Of a stretch of 64,000 bases of DNA, positions 54,452 through 62,916 are shown piece by piece. The position numbers and the translations under genes were made by a program. This DNA is from a bacterium (GTDB lineage: Bacteria; Elusimicrobiota; Elusimicrobia; Elusimicrobiales; UBA9959): positions 95,958-159,957 of the forward strand of contig JAJZPF010000002.1 in NCBI GenBank assembly GCA_021811315.1, written 5' to 3'. The notes under the pieces were generated by a model. The model ran no database searches, was not told the DNA's origin, and saw nothing but the letters and a program-made list of their open reading frames with translations. The first letter of the stretch is position 1; every line of letters starts with the position of its first letter.

Positions 54452-56125
54452 ATGAGCGACACAATGTTCTGTTACCAGTGCGAGCAGTCGGCGAAAGGGA
54501 CGGGCTGCACCACGCAGGGAGTGTGCGGGAAGGACCCGGAGACGGCGAAGATGCAGGACCTCCTGCTCTGGCAGGCCAAAGGGATCAGCATGTACGCGCG
54601 GCGCGCGGCCGTGACCGGCGGCCTGCATGACAGGGAAATAAACAAATTCGTGGTGGAAGCTCTTTTTACCACCGTGACCAATGTGAATTTTGACGCGGTC
54701 AGGATCGAGCATATTATAAGGAAAGGCCAGGCCGTCAAGGAAAAAGCCAGGCTTATGTACGAGAACGCCTGCAAAAAGGCCGGAACCCCCCCTTCGAGGC
54801 TGGCCGGGCCCGCGACCTGGAACCCGCCCCAGGAATACAAGGCCCTTCTCAACGAGGCCCCCGAGAAAGGCATAAACACAAGGAAGAAAGCCCTGGGCGA
54901 CGACGCCGCCGGCCTGCAGGAGCTGCTGACCTACGGGCTCAAGGGCATGGCCGCCTACGCGGACCACGCGCTGATACTAGGCCAGGAAGACGAGAACGTC
55001 TACGCCTTTATCCATGAAGCGCTGGATTTCCTGACCAGGACCGATCCGACGGTGGACGAACTGGTCGGTTATAACATGAAGTGCGGAGAAGTGAACCTCC
55101 GCGTCATGGAACTGCTCGACAAAGCCAATACCGACGCTTACGGCCACCCCGTCCCCACCAAAGTGCGCGTGAACCCGCTCAAAGGCAAGGCCCTGCTCGT
55201 CTCCGGCCACGACCTGAAAGACCTCGAGGAAATACTCAGGCAGACCGAGGGCAAAGGCATAAACGTCTACACCCACGGCGAAATGCTGCCGGCCCACGGC
55301 TACCCGAAGCTCAAGAAGTTCAAGCACCTGGCCGGGAATTACGGCGGCGCCTGGCAGGACCAGCATAAAGAATTCGACGCCTTCCCCGGCGCGATAGTGA
55401 TGACCACGAACTGCATACAGAAACCCCTTGCCACCTACAAGAAGCGCATCTTCACCACCGGCCTGGTCGCCTGGCCGGGCGTGGAGCACATAGCGGACGG
55501 GGAATTCGCGCCGGCCATAGAAGCCTCGCTCAAAGCAGACGGCTTCAGGAAGGACGGGGACGACAAGACGATAATGGTGGGCTTCGCGCACAACGCCGTG
55601 CTCGGCGTGGCCGACAAGGTCATAGACGCGGTCAAGACCGGCCACATAAAGCACTTCTTCCTCGTGGGCGGCTGCGACGGCGCCAAGCCAGGCCGCAACT
55701 ATTACACCGACTTCGCGGAGCAGGCTCCCAAAGACACCGTAATTTTGACGCTGGCCTGCGGCAAGTTCCGCTTCAATAAGCAGGAATTCGGCGATATCGG
55801 CGGCATCCCGCGGCTGCTGGACATGGGCCAGTGCAACGACGCCTATTCGGCCATACAGGTGGCGGTAGCGCTGTCCAAGGCCTTCAATGTGGGCGTCAAC
55901 GAGCTGCCGCTCTCGCTGGTGCTCAGCTGGTACGAGCAGAAAGCCGTCTGCATCCTGCTGACCCTGCTGTTCCTCGGCATAAAGAACATCCGCCTCGGCC
56001 CTACCCTGCCGGCCTTCGTTACCCCGGCCGTGCTGCAGGTGCTGGTGGAGAAGTTCAATATCATGCCGACGACCACGGCGGAGAAGGACCTGGAGGCCAT
56101 ACTTGGCGTAAAGGCCGCGGCCTGA
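54452..56125 (+). CDS. hcp: Hybrid cluster protein (hydroxylamine reductase/NO-stress protein)
   Basis: 557 aa; N-terminal MFCYQCEQSAKGTGC Cys motif and overall Hcp-like sequence. Confidence 0.92.
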   Translation: MSDTMFCYQCEQSAKGTGCTTQGVCGKDPETAKMQDLLLWQAKGISMYARRAAVTGGLHDREINKFVVEALFTTVTNVNFDAVRIEHIIRKGQAVKEKARLMYENACKKAGTPPSRLAGPATWNPPQEYKALLNEAPEKGINTRKKALGDDAAGLQELLTYGLKGMAAYADHALILGQEDENVYAFIHEALDFLTRTDPTVDELVGYNMKCGEVNLRVMELLDKANTDAYGHPVPTKVRVNPLKGKALLVSGHDLKDLEEILRQTEGKGINVYTHGEMLPAHGYPKLKKFKHLAGNYGGAWQDQHKEFDAFPGAIVMTTNCIQKPLATYKKRIFTTGLVAWPGVEHIADGEFAPAIEASLKADGFRKDGDDKTIMVGFAHNAVLGVADKVIDAVKTGHIKHFFLVGGCDGAKPGRNYYTDFAEQAPKDTVILTLACGKFRFNKQEFGDIGGIPRLLDMGQCNDAYSAIQVAVALSKAFNVGVNELPLSLVLSWYEQKAVCILLTLLFLGIKNIRLGPTLPAFVTPAVLQVLVEKFNIMPTTTAEKDLEAILGVKAAA

Positions 56126-56137
56126 ACAGGATAAAAA

Positions 56138-56167
56138 GGGCGGAGGCCGGCGAAGCCCCCTCCGCCC
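56138..56167 (+). other. GC-rich stem-loop between hcp and the NifU-like gene (no T-tract)
   Basis: GGGCGGAGG (56138-56146) pairs with CCTCCGCCC (56159-56167). Confidence 0.55.
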
Positions 56168-56191
56168 TCTCGATCTAAAGGAGATACATCT

Positions 56192-56434
56192 ATGAACGAC
56201 TCGACTGAACTAAAGAAAAAAGTGGAAGCCGCGCTGGCGGAAGTCAGGCCTTACCTCGAAGCCGACGGCGGCGGCGTAGAGCTCGTAGCCGTGGACGCGG
56301 CCTCAAAAACAGTGAAGGTGCGCCTGATAGGCGGCTGCGCCTGCTGCCCCTCGGCGGGCATGACGCTGAAGAACGGCGTCGAGGCGGCCATCAGGAAGAC
56401 CGCGCCGGAAATAAAGAGCGTAGTGGCCGTGTAG
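56192..56434 (+). CDS. NifU C-terminal-domain-like Fe-S scaffold protein
   Basis: 80 aa; LAEVRPYLEADGGGVELV ... GGCACCPSAGMTLKNGVE motif (CxxC). Confidence 0.85.
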   Translation: MNDSTELKKKVEAALAEVRPYLEADGGGVELVAVDAASKTVKVRLIGGCACCPSAGMTLKNGVEAAIRKTAPEIKSVVAV

Positions 56435-56448
56435 AACGGAGGCAGCCC

Positions 56449-57255
56449 ATGGACAGATACCTTGAGCAGAACATTAAAGACATCATCTCCAAGTACCCCG
56501 GAGTAGGAGATATCCTTAACGAATACAAGATCGGGTGCACCGCCTGCGCGGCCGGGACCTGCCGTCTCAAGGATATAGTTGAGATCCATAACCTCCCGGG
56601 CCCGGAAGAAGAGAAGCTGATGGGCAGGATAGCCCTCGCCATCTCTCCCGAGGGCGGGCTCAGGGTTCCCAAGAGCTCCAGGAAAGCGGCCGCGCCTTCC
56701 GGCGGGCTTAAGTATTCCCCGCCCCTGAAGAGGCTGGTGGACGAACACGCGCTTATAAAGCGCCTGCTGGCCCTGATCCCGCGGTTCGTCGCGGGCGTGG
56801 ACCTGGGGTCCGAAGAGGGCGCCGGCCTGGCGCGCGGCGGGCTGAAGTTCATCCGCGCCTACGCCGACAGATATCACCACGCGAAAGAAGAGGAGATCCT
56901 CTTTAAATATTTCGACGCCGAACTCGACGTGATCAAGGCCATGCTGCGGGACCATGTAAACGGGCGGGCCCATGTAAAAGCGGCCGAAGAAGCCCTGGCC
57001 GCGAAGGACGGGGCCGCGGCCGCGGAGCATTTCCTCGCCTACCGCGAACTGCTTACGGAACATATAAAGAAAGAGGACGAGATCCTCTACCCGTGGATGG
57101 ACAGGAACCTCTCGCTTAAGCAAGTCGGCGAACTGTTCAATAAATTTAACGAGGCGGACGAGAAATTCGAGCCGGCTCTTATCGCCGAGTGCGAGGCGGT
57201 AGTGACGGGCCTCGAGAAACTGCTCGGCGCCGCCGGGATAAGCGTGAAGGCCTGA
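56449..57255 (+). CDS. DUF1858/ScdA_N-like plus hemerythrin-like di-iron domain protein (RIC/YtfE-like)
   Basis: 268 aa. N-terminal small domain with CTACAAGTC. C-terminal HHAKEEEILF ... EHIKKEDEILYPW hemerythrin HHE-type motifs. Confidence 0.65.
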   Translation: MDRYLEQNIKDIISKYPGVGDILNEYKIGCTACAAGTCRLKDIVEIHNLPGPEEEKLMGRIALAISPEGGLRVPKSSRKAAAPSGGLKYSPPLKRLVDEHALIKRLLALIPRFVAGVDLGSEEGAGLARGGLKFIRAYADRYHHAKEEEILFKYFDAELDVIKAMLRDHVNGRAHVKAAEEALAAKDGAAAAEHFLAYRELLTEHIKKEDEILYPWMDRNLSLKQVGELFNKFNEADEKFEPALIAECEAVVTGLEKLLGAAGISVKA

Positions 57256-57257
57256 AC

Positions 57258-57947
57258 ATGGAGCAAGGAAGAAAGCCCGCGCCGTTCGTTTCCGGCTGTA
57301 ATGAAAGCGGGACCTGCCAGAATTCCCTGGGCGGGGCGCGCGGTTTGATAGCGCGGATGGAAGACCTGCTTGAAGAAGAAGGGCTAGCCGGCCGGATAGC
57401 GGAGCTGCTGCCGCAGCCGGGACTGGCCAGGCACGCTTTCAGGGCGGCGGTGGCGGAATGTCCCAACGCCTGTTCCCAGCCGCAGATAAAGGATTTCGGC
57501 GTCATTCAGGAAAGCCTCCCCGGGAAAAGCGGGGCAGAGTGCACGAAGTGCGGCCTATGCGTGAAGGCCTGCAGGGAGAAAGGCATAATTCTCGACGGAA
57601 CGGGGCCTTCGATAAATTTCGAACTATGCGCGCGCTGCGGAGCCTGCGTCAGGGCCTGCCCTACTGGGACGCTGCGGCCGGAGAAAAAAGGGTTTTCTAT
57701 CCTCGTAGGAGGAAGGCTGGGCCGCCACCCGCGGCTTGCGGTCCGGGCGCTGGAAATGACCGATGAAGAAGGCGTCCTGCTTGCGCTGAGAACCGCGGCC
57801 AGGGCCTATATCAGGGAAGGGCGGCCCGGAGAGCGGTTCGGCGACCTGGCCGACCGGCTCGGCATCGGACCGATAAAAGAGGAGATAGCAGCGGCCGTTA
57901 AAACCCGCGATTTTAATTTTCAGTTAAACAAGTCAGGAGGAAAATAA
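57258..57947 (+). CDS. Fe-S protein: nitrite/sulfite-reductase-like Cys motif plus 2x[4Fe-4S] ferredoxin motifs
   Basis: Start at ATG 57258. AECPNACSQPQIKD, CTKCGLCVKACREKG and CARCGACVRACPTG motifs. Confidence 0.65.
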   Translation: MEQGRKPAPFVSGCNESGTCQNSLGGARGLIARMEDLLEEEGLAGRIAELLPQPGLARHAFRAAVAECPNACSQPQIKDFGVIQESLPGKSGAECTKCGLCVKACREKGIILDGTGPSINFELCARCGACVRACPTGTLRPEKKGFSILVGGRLGRHPRLAVRALEMTDEEGVLLALRTAARAYIREGRPGERFGDLADRLGIGPIKEEIAAAVKTRDFNFQLNKSGGK

Positions 57948-57948
57948 T

Positions 57949-58443
57949 ATGGATAAAAAACACGCGCATGGCGGACATGAACCCTGCGGCTGCCCCGGGT
58001 CCAAGATGATGGACCTGCGGGAAGAAGCCCCCGCTGATTCCGGCCCCGCCGGGAAAGCCCCCTCGATGCTCCGGCAGTGGCCGGTGCAGCTGCACCTGAT
58101 CTCGCCGATGGCCCCCTATTTCCAGAAGGCCGACCTGGTGGTGGCGGCGGACTGCACGGCCTTCGCCTACGGGAATTTCCACGCCGAATTCCTGAAAGGC
58201 AGGGCGGCCGTGATAGCCTGTCCCAAGCTGGACGACGGCCAGGAAGTCTATGTAGAGAAGATCCAGGCCCTGATAGAGGACGCCAAGATCAATACGCTTA
58301 CCGTGCTGACGATGGAAGTTCCCTGCTGCGGCGGCCTGCTCGCCATGGTCCAGCAGGCGGCGCGCAACGCCAAAAGGAAAGTCCCGGTAAAGAGCATCGT
58401 GGTCGGCATAGGCGGGACGATCAAGAGCGAAGAGTGGGCTTGA
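57949..58443 (+). CDS. Cys-rich hypothetical protein (putative metal/Fe-S binding)
   Basis: 164 aa with the motifs HEPCGCPG, AADCTAFA, ACPKLD and EVPCCGG. Family not recognised. Confidence 0.45.
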   Translation: MDKKHAHGGHEPCGCPGSKMMDLREEAPADSGPAGKAPSMLRQWPVQLHLISPMAPYFQKADLVVAADCTAFAYGNFHAEFLKGRAAVIACPKLDDGQEVYVEKIQALIEDAKINTLTVLTMEVPCCGGLLAMVQQAARNAKRKVPVKSIVVGIGGTIKSEEWA

Positions 58444-58539
58444 CGGCGGGATGAACCGCGGGGCGCGCGCGCGATACTACGTATTGCCGCGGCCCGGCCA
58501 TTTCGGTAATATCACACTTATACGGGTTTGGAGGTTTTA

Positions 58540-60804
58540 ATGGAAGGTCTCAAAAAAGCGGCGATAGCGAGTTTCTTTATATCCATGGCGGTCCTGCTGG
58601 GCGGGGGCTGGCTGGCCATCGACAGGGTTCCCCCCTACCCGGCCCTGATCATAGCCAACGGGCAGGAAGTTTCAGGCAAGACGGAGATCATAAAAGGCCA
58701 GAACGCCTACCAGCGCTACGGCCTGATGGACCTGGGCAGCGTCTGGGGGCACGGGACCCTGCGCGGCCTCGATTTCTCCGCCGCCACGCTGAACCTCATG
58801 GGGCGCTATATGCGCGAATATTACGCCGAAAAGGCGGGAGGAACCTACGCCTCGCTCCATCCCGACGTCGCCGCCGCCATAGACTCTAGGGTCATAAGGG
58901 AAATAAAGACCAATAACTACAACAAGGTCACCGGCGTGCTTACGCTCGGAGAGTCCCAGGCTTACGCCTTCGCGAAAATAAAAGATTACTGGCGCGACGA
59001 GATGAACAACGGGAACAAGACCTACGGCCTGCAGGCCAAGGCCATGAAAGAAATAAGCGAAGCCCAGACCGTGGGCGACTTCTTTTTCTGGACCGCCTGG
59101 GCCGCCGGGACTTTAAGGCCCGGCGCCAACTCCACCTACACCAATAACTGGCCGCCGGACGCTAGCGTCGGGAACACGATGATGAGCGACGCGCTCCTCT
59201 GGAGCGTAGCCGGGATCTTCGCTTTCTTCGTAGTCCTGGGCATAGTCATCTACGCCGTCCACCGCTACAGGATCCTTTACGGCGAAGAGAAGGCCGTGCA
59301 GACCGGCGACGCCATGATGGAGCTGCCTCTGACTTTAAGCCAGGTCAGGGCGGCCAAGTTCTTCGTGGTCGTGACGGCTTTGTTCATACTGCAGACCTGC
59401 ATGGGCGGCCTGCTTGCGCATTACACCGTAAGCCCGGAGACTTTCTTCCCGGACTTCATAGCGACGCTGGTGCCCTACACCTGGGCGAAGAGCTGGCATC
59501 TGCAGCTCGCGATCTTCTGGATAGCCACCACCTGGATCGGCGCGTCCATCTACCTGGCCCCCGTTATCAGCGGCAAAGAGCCTAAAAACCAGGGCCTCCT
59601 GGTGAATATATTGTTCGGGGCCGTAGTGCTGGTAGCCGTAGGCAGCCTGGCCGGAACCGCGCTGGGGGCGAAGGGTTACTTCACCGACGCCACCTGGTTC
59701 TGGTTCGGCCACCAGGGCTGGGAATTCCTCGAATCGGGCAGGTTCTGGCAGTGGCTGCTCTTCGTGGGCCTGATCGCCTGGCTCGTCATCGTCTACCGCG
59801 GCATGAAGGACAAGCTCTTCGGGGCGGACTCGGACAAGAGCGGCGTGGTGATGTTCTACCTGGTGAGCGCGGTAATGGTGGTCGGTTTCTTCGGCTTCGG
59901 TTTCTTCTACGGGAAAGGCTCGCACCTGACGATAGCGGACTACTGGCGCTGGTTCGTCGTGCACCTGTGGGTCGAAGGCATCTTCGAGTTCTTCGGCGTG
60001 GCGATCATCTCCCTCTTCCTCGTGATGATGGGGCTGGTGAAAAAAGAATCGGCCATGCGGGTGGCGTATTTCAGCGCTATCCTCGTGTTCGCCAGCGGCA
60101 TCATCGGAACCGCGCACCATTACTTCTGGTACGGCGGGCCTTCCTACTGGCTGGCCCTGGGCGCGGTGTTCGCCTCCCTCGAGCCGATACCGATGATCCT
60201 GCTGGTGGTCCGGGCCTGGAAGGAATACCAGTCCATCCAGGACGCGGGCAAAGACTTCCCCTACCGCTGGCCGCTGTTCTTCCTGACGGCTTCCAGCTTC
60301 TGGAACTTCCTCGGCGCCGGGATGTTCGGGTTCTCCATCAACCTGCCCATAATCAATTATTATGAGCACGGGACCTACCTGACGGCGAACCACGGCCACG
60401 CGGCCCTGTTCGGAGTCTACGGGATGCTGTCGATCTCGCTGATGTTGTTCTCCTGGCGCTCGCTGGTCAAGAACGAGTACTGGAACAACGGCCTGCTGAA
60501 AGCGATCTTCTGGCTGCTGAACGGCGGGCTGCTCCTGATGGTGCTCTCCGTGCTCCTGCCCGAGGGATTGATCCAGACTTTCATGGTCTACAAGCACGGG
60601 GTCTGGTTCGCCCGGAGCCCGGAGTTCTACAATATGCCGGTCATCCTGGCGCTGAACAAGTTCAGGATAGTTCCCGACACGATAATAATACTCGGGGCGA
60701 CGCTCCTCGGCTGGTTCCTGGTCTCCACTTACTTCCGGATAAAGCCGGTGAAGTGCGGCGAGGGCGAGGATATCTACTACGGGAAGACCTGTAAAATGCT
60801 GTAA
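58540..60804 (+). CDS. norZ: Nitric oxide reductase large subunit, quinol-dependent (qNOR/NorZ-like)
   Basis: About 754 aa from ATG 58540 (GGAGG 6 nt upstream). Many TM helices; heme-copper-oxidase His motifs (HHYFWYG, NHGHAALFGVYGM). Has the N-terminal extension typical of single-subunit qNOR. Confidence 0.85.
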   Translation: MEGLKKAAIASFFISMAVLLGGGWLAIDRVPPYPALIIANGQEVSGKTEIIKGQNAYQRYGLMDLGSVWGHGTLRGLDFSAATLNLMGRYMREYYAEKAGGTYASLHPDVAAAIDSRVIREIKTNNYNKVTGVLTLGESQAYAFAKIKDYWRDEMNNGNKTYGLQAKAMKEISEAQTVGDFFFWTAWAAGTLRPGANSTYTNNWPPDASVGNTMMSDALLWSVAGIFAFFVVLGIVIYAVHRYRILYGEEKAVQTGDAMMELPLTLSQVRAAKFFVVVTALFILQTCMGGLLAHYTVSPETFFPDFIATLVPYTWAKSWHLQLAIFWIATTWIGASIYLAPVISGKEPKNQGLLVNILFGAVVLVAVGSLAGTALGAKGYFTDATWFWFGHQGWEFLESGRFWQWLLFVGLIAWLVIVYRGMKDKLFGADSDKSGVVMFYLVSAVMVVGFFGFGFFYGKGSHLTIADYWRWFVVHLWVEGIFEFFGVAIISLFLVMMGLVKKESAMRVAYFSAILVFASGIIGTAHHYFWYGGPSYWLALGAVFASLEPIPMILLVVRAWKEYQSIQDAGKDFPYRWPLFFLTASSFWNFLGAGMFGFSINLPIINYYEHGTYLTANHGHAALFGVYGMLSISLMLFSWRSLVKNEYWNNGLLKAIFWLLNGGLLLMVLSVLLPEGLIQTFMVYKHGVWFARSPEFYNMPVILALNKFRIVPDTIIILGATLLGWFLVSTYFRIKPVKCGEGEDIYYGKTCKML

Positions 60805-60832
60805 AAGAAACAGCTGAAGGCCGGACTTGAGA

Positions 60833-60874
60833 GCGGCAATAACAGGACTCCAGCGGGAGACTTGTTATTGCCGC
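60833..60874 (+). other. Stem-loop downstream of qNOR gene (12-bp stem, 18-nt loop)
   Basis: GCGGCAATAACA (60833-60844) pairs with TGTTATTGCCGC (60863-60874). No T-tract follows. Confidence 0.55.
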
Positions 60875-60884
60875 CTCGAATTTA

Positions 60885-60893
60885 TGGTACAAT
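60885..60893 (+). promoter_or_regulatory. Extended -10 (TGgTACAAT) 7 nt upstream of the rrf2 ATG (possible leaderless mRNA)
   Basis: TTATGGTACAATGTAGTATATG; no Shine-Dalgarno sequence is possible. Confidence 0.45.
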
Positions 60894-60900
60894 GTAGTAT

Positions 60901-61302
60901 ATGAGTACCATAATAAAGATCTCGGAGGCCGCGGTAATAGCCATCCACGCCGTGGGCCTAATCGCGAAGTCGGAAGGGAAGCCCTGCGCTACCAGGCATA
61001 TAGCCGGGGCGCTGGGCGTTTCCTATAACCACCTCACCAAGGTCCTGCAGCGCCTGACCCGCGCGGGGCTGCTGGTTCCGGGGCGCGGGCCGAAGGGCGG
61101 CTTTATCCTCTCTAAAAAAGCCAGGACCGCCAAGTTGCGGGACGTCTTTGAGGCCATAGACGGGAAGATGTCCCTTTCGACCTGCCTGATGAAATCCAGA
61201 TCCTGCGGGAAGCTAGGCTGCATCCTGGGGAACCTCCTCTCGGAAACCAACGACAGTTTCCGGGCGGCCATGGATAAAGGGATAGACGAACTTCTGAAGT
61301 AA
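60901..61302 (+). CDS. Rrf2-family transcriptional regulator (NsrR/IscR-like, three-Cys cluster site)
   Basis: 133 aa. wHTH region (RHIAGALGVSYNHLTKVLQRLTRAGLL) and CLMKSRSCGKLGC Cys triad. Confidence 0.88.
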   Translation: MSTIIKISEAAVIAIHAVGLIAKSEGKPCATRHIAGALGVSYNHLTKVLQRLTRAGLLVPGRGPKGGFILSKKARTAKLRDVFEAIDGKMSLSTCLMKSRSCGKLGCILGNLLSETNDSFRAAMDKGIDELLK

Positions 61303-61313
61303 AGCCGGGGACT

Positions 61314-62075
61314 ATGCCGCCTAAACGAAGCTTCCTTGAAGCAACCTACCTGCGCTACAATAAGCCGGAATTCATACACCCGGACCCGCTGGAATTCGTC
61401 TGGCGCTATAAAAGCCGCGCCGACCGGGAAATAGTCGGGCTCATAGCCGCCTGCCTGGCCTACGGCAATGTGACGCAGATACTTAAAAGCGTGGAAAAAG
61501 TTCTGGGCCCGATGGGGAGCTCCCCCGCCGCCTGGCTGAAAGCCGCCTCGCCGGCCGCTATCAAAAAGACTTTCGTTTCTTTCAAGCACCGCTTCACGAC
61601 CGGGGCCGAGATGGCCGTCTTCCTCCTTAATATAAAGCACGCTCTTGAAAAGCACGCCTCGCTGGAAAAACTGTTCCTGCAGGCTTACGACGAGGACGCG
61701 GCCACGGTGGAAGAAGCGATCTATGAATTCGTGAACAAATTCAACGCGCTTGGCTGCGCGCCTTCCCTGACCCCGTGCCCGGAGCACAAAAGCTCTTTCA
61801 AGCGCGTGAACCTCTACCTCCGCTGGATGGTAAGGAACGACGCGGTGGACCCCGGGGTCTGGACCGGGGTTTCCCCCTCCAAGCTGATCATACCGCTGGA
61901 CACCCATATGAGGCAGGTCTCGATGGGGATGGGCATAACAAAGAGGAAAGACACCTCCATGAAGACCGCCGCGGAGATCACGGCTTATTTCAGAAAGGTG
62001 GAACCGGCGGACCCGGTAAAGTACGATTTCGCGCTTACCCGCGCGGGCATACGCAGGAACAACGTAAAAGACTAG
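61314..62075 (+). CDS. TIGR02757/DUF2400 family protein
   Basis: 253 aa; PDPLEFVWRY, IAACLAYGNV, IPLDTHM motifs as I recall them for this family. Confidence 0.65.
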   Translation: MPPKRSFLEATYLRYNKPEFIHPDPLEFVWRYKSRADREIVGLIAACLAYGNVTQILKSVEKVLGPMGSSPAAWLKAASPAAIKKTFVSFKHRFTTGAEMAVFLLNIKHALEKHASLEKLFLQAYDEDAATVEEAIYEFVNKFNALGCAPSLTPCPEHKSSFKRVNLYLRWMVRNDAVDPGVWTGVSPSKLIIPLDTHMRQVSMGMGITKRKDTSMKTAAEITAYFRKVEPADPVKYDFALTRAGIRRNNVKD

Positions 62076-62170
62076 CGCTAAAGGTGAATTTTTGTAGAAT
62101 GTAATCTCTCGCAATTTTTTGTCGGTGGGGCCCGGCAGCGAGCCCCTAATCTGTCGGTCAGGAGGAAAAA

Positions 62171-62743
62171 ATGAACATAAAAGGATCCAAAACGGAGCAG
62201 AATCTGCTTGCCGCTTTCGCGGGAGAGTCGCAGGCCCGCAACCGCTATAGCTATTACGCGAGCGAAGCCAAGAAAGAGGGCTATGTGCAGATAAGCCTGG
62301 CTTTCGAGGAAACCGCCAACCAGGAAAAGCAGCATGCGAAGCGCTATTTCAAACTGCTGGAAGGCGGCGAAGCTACTATTACCGCAACTTTCCCGGCCGG
62401 AGTAATTGGCGACACAAAGGCCAACCTGAAGGCCGCGGCGGGCGGCGAGAATTTCGAGTGGACCACCCTGTATCCGGGTTTCGCGAAAATAGCCCGCGAA
62501 GAAGGCTTTGAGACGGCGGCCAAGACCTTTGAATTCATCTGCGTGGCCGAAAAGCAGCATGAAGCCCGCTACCTCGGTTTCCTGAAGAACCTCGAGGAAG
62601 GGAAAGTCTTCAAGAAGGACAAAAAGATTCGCTGGCGCTGCCTGGAGTGCGGCTATGTCCACGAAGGGGAAGGGGCCCCGGAGAAGTGCCCGGCCTGCGC
62701 CCATCCCAAAGCTTACTTCGAAATGCTCTGCGAGAACTGGTAG
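62171..62743 (+). CDS. rbr: Rubrerythrin
   Basis: 190 aa. Ferritin-like di-iron motifs (GESQARNRY, EEKQHAKRY, ENFEWT, EKQHEARY) and C-terminal rubredoxin-like CLECGYV...CPACAHP. Confidence 0.92.
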   Translation: MNIKGSKTEQNLLAAFAGESQARNRYSYYASEAKKEGYVQISLAFEETANQEKQHAKRYFKLLEGGEATITATFPAGVIGDTKANLKAAAGGENFEWTTLYPGFAKIAREEGFETAAKTFEFICVAEKQHEARYLGFLKNLEEGKVFKKDKKIRWRCLECGYVHEGEGAPEKCPACAHPKAYFEMLCENW

Positions 62744-62904
62744 CAGTCTCCTGATTAACCCTACTCGGTGTTATTTTGAGACGATTTTGTGACGAGGCAA
62801 GGCGCGAGGAGCGAGCAGGCTTGAAAGCCTGTAAGCGACGAGCAACGAAGCCGCAGGCCAAAAGCGGCCAAAAGAACCCGAAAGAGGGTTCATCAGTAGA
62901 CTGC
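62743..62904. repeat. Intergenic structured repeat, copy E: single unit with the purine-rich strand in the mRNA sense
   Basis: Closing inverted repeat GCAGTCTCCTGAT (62743-62755) / ATCAGTAGACTGC (62892-62904), 12/13 complementary. Internal hairpins CAGGCTTGAAAGCCTG (62816-62831), GCCGC-9nt-GCGGC (62850-62868) and GAACCC-GAAAGA-GGGTTC (62874-62891). Core blocks are shared with copy C. Spans from the rbr stop codon to the tpx RBS. Confidence 0.8.
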
Positions 62905-62916
62905 AAAAAGGAAACT

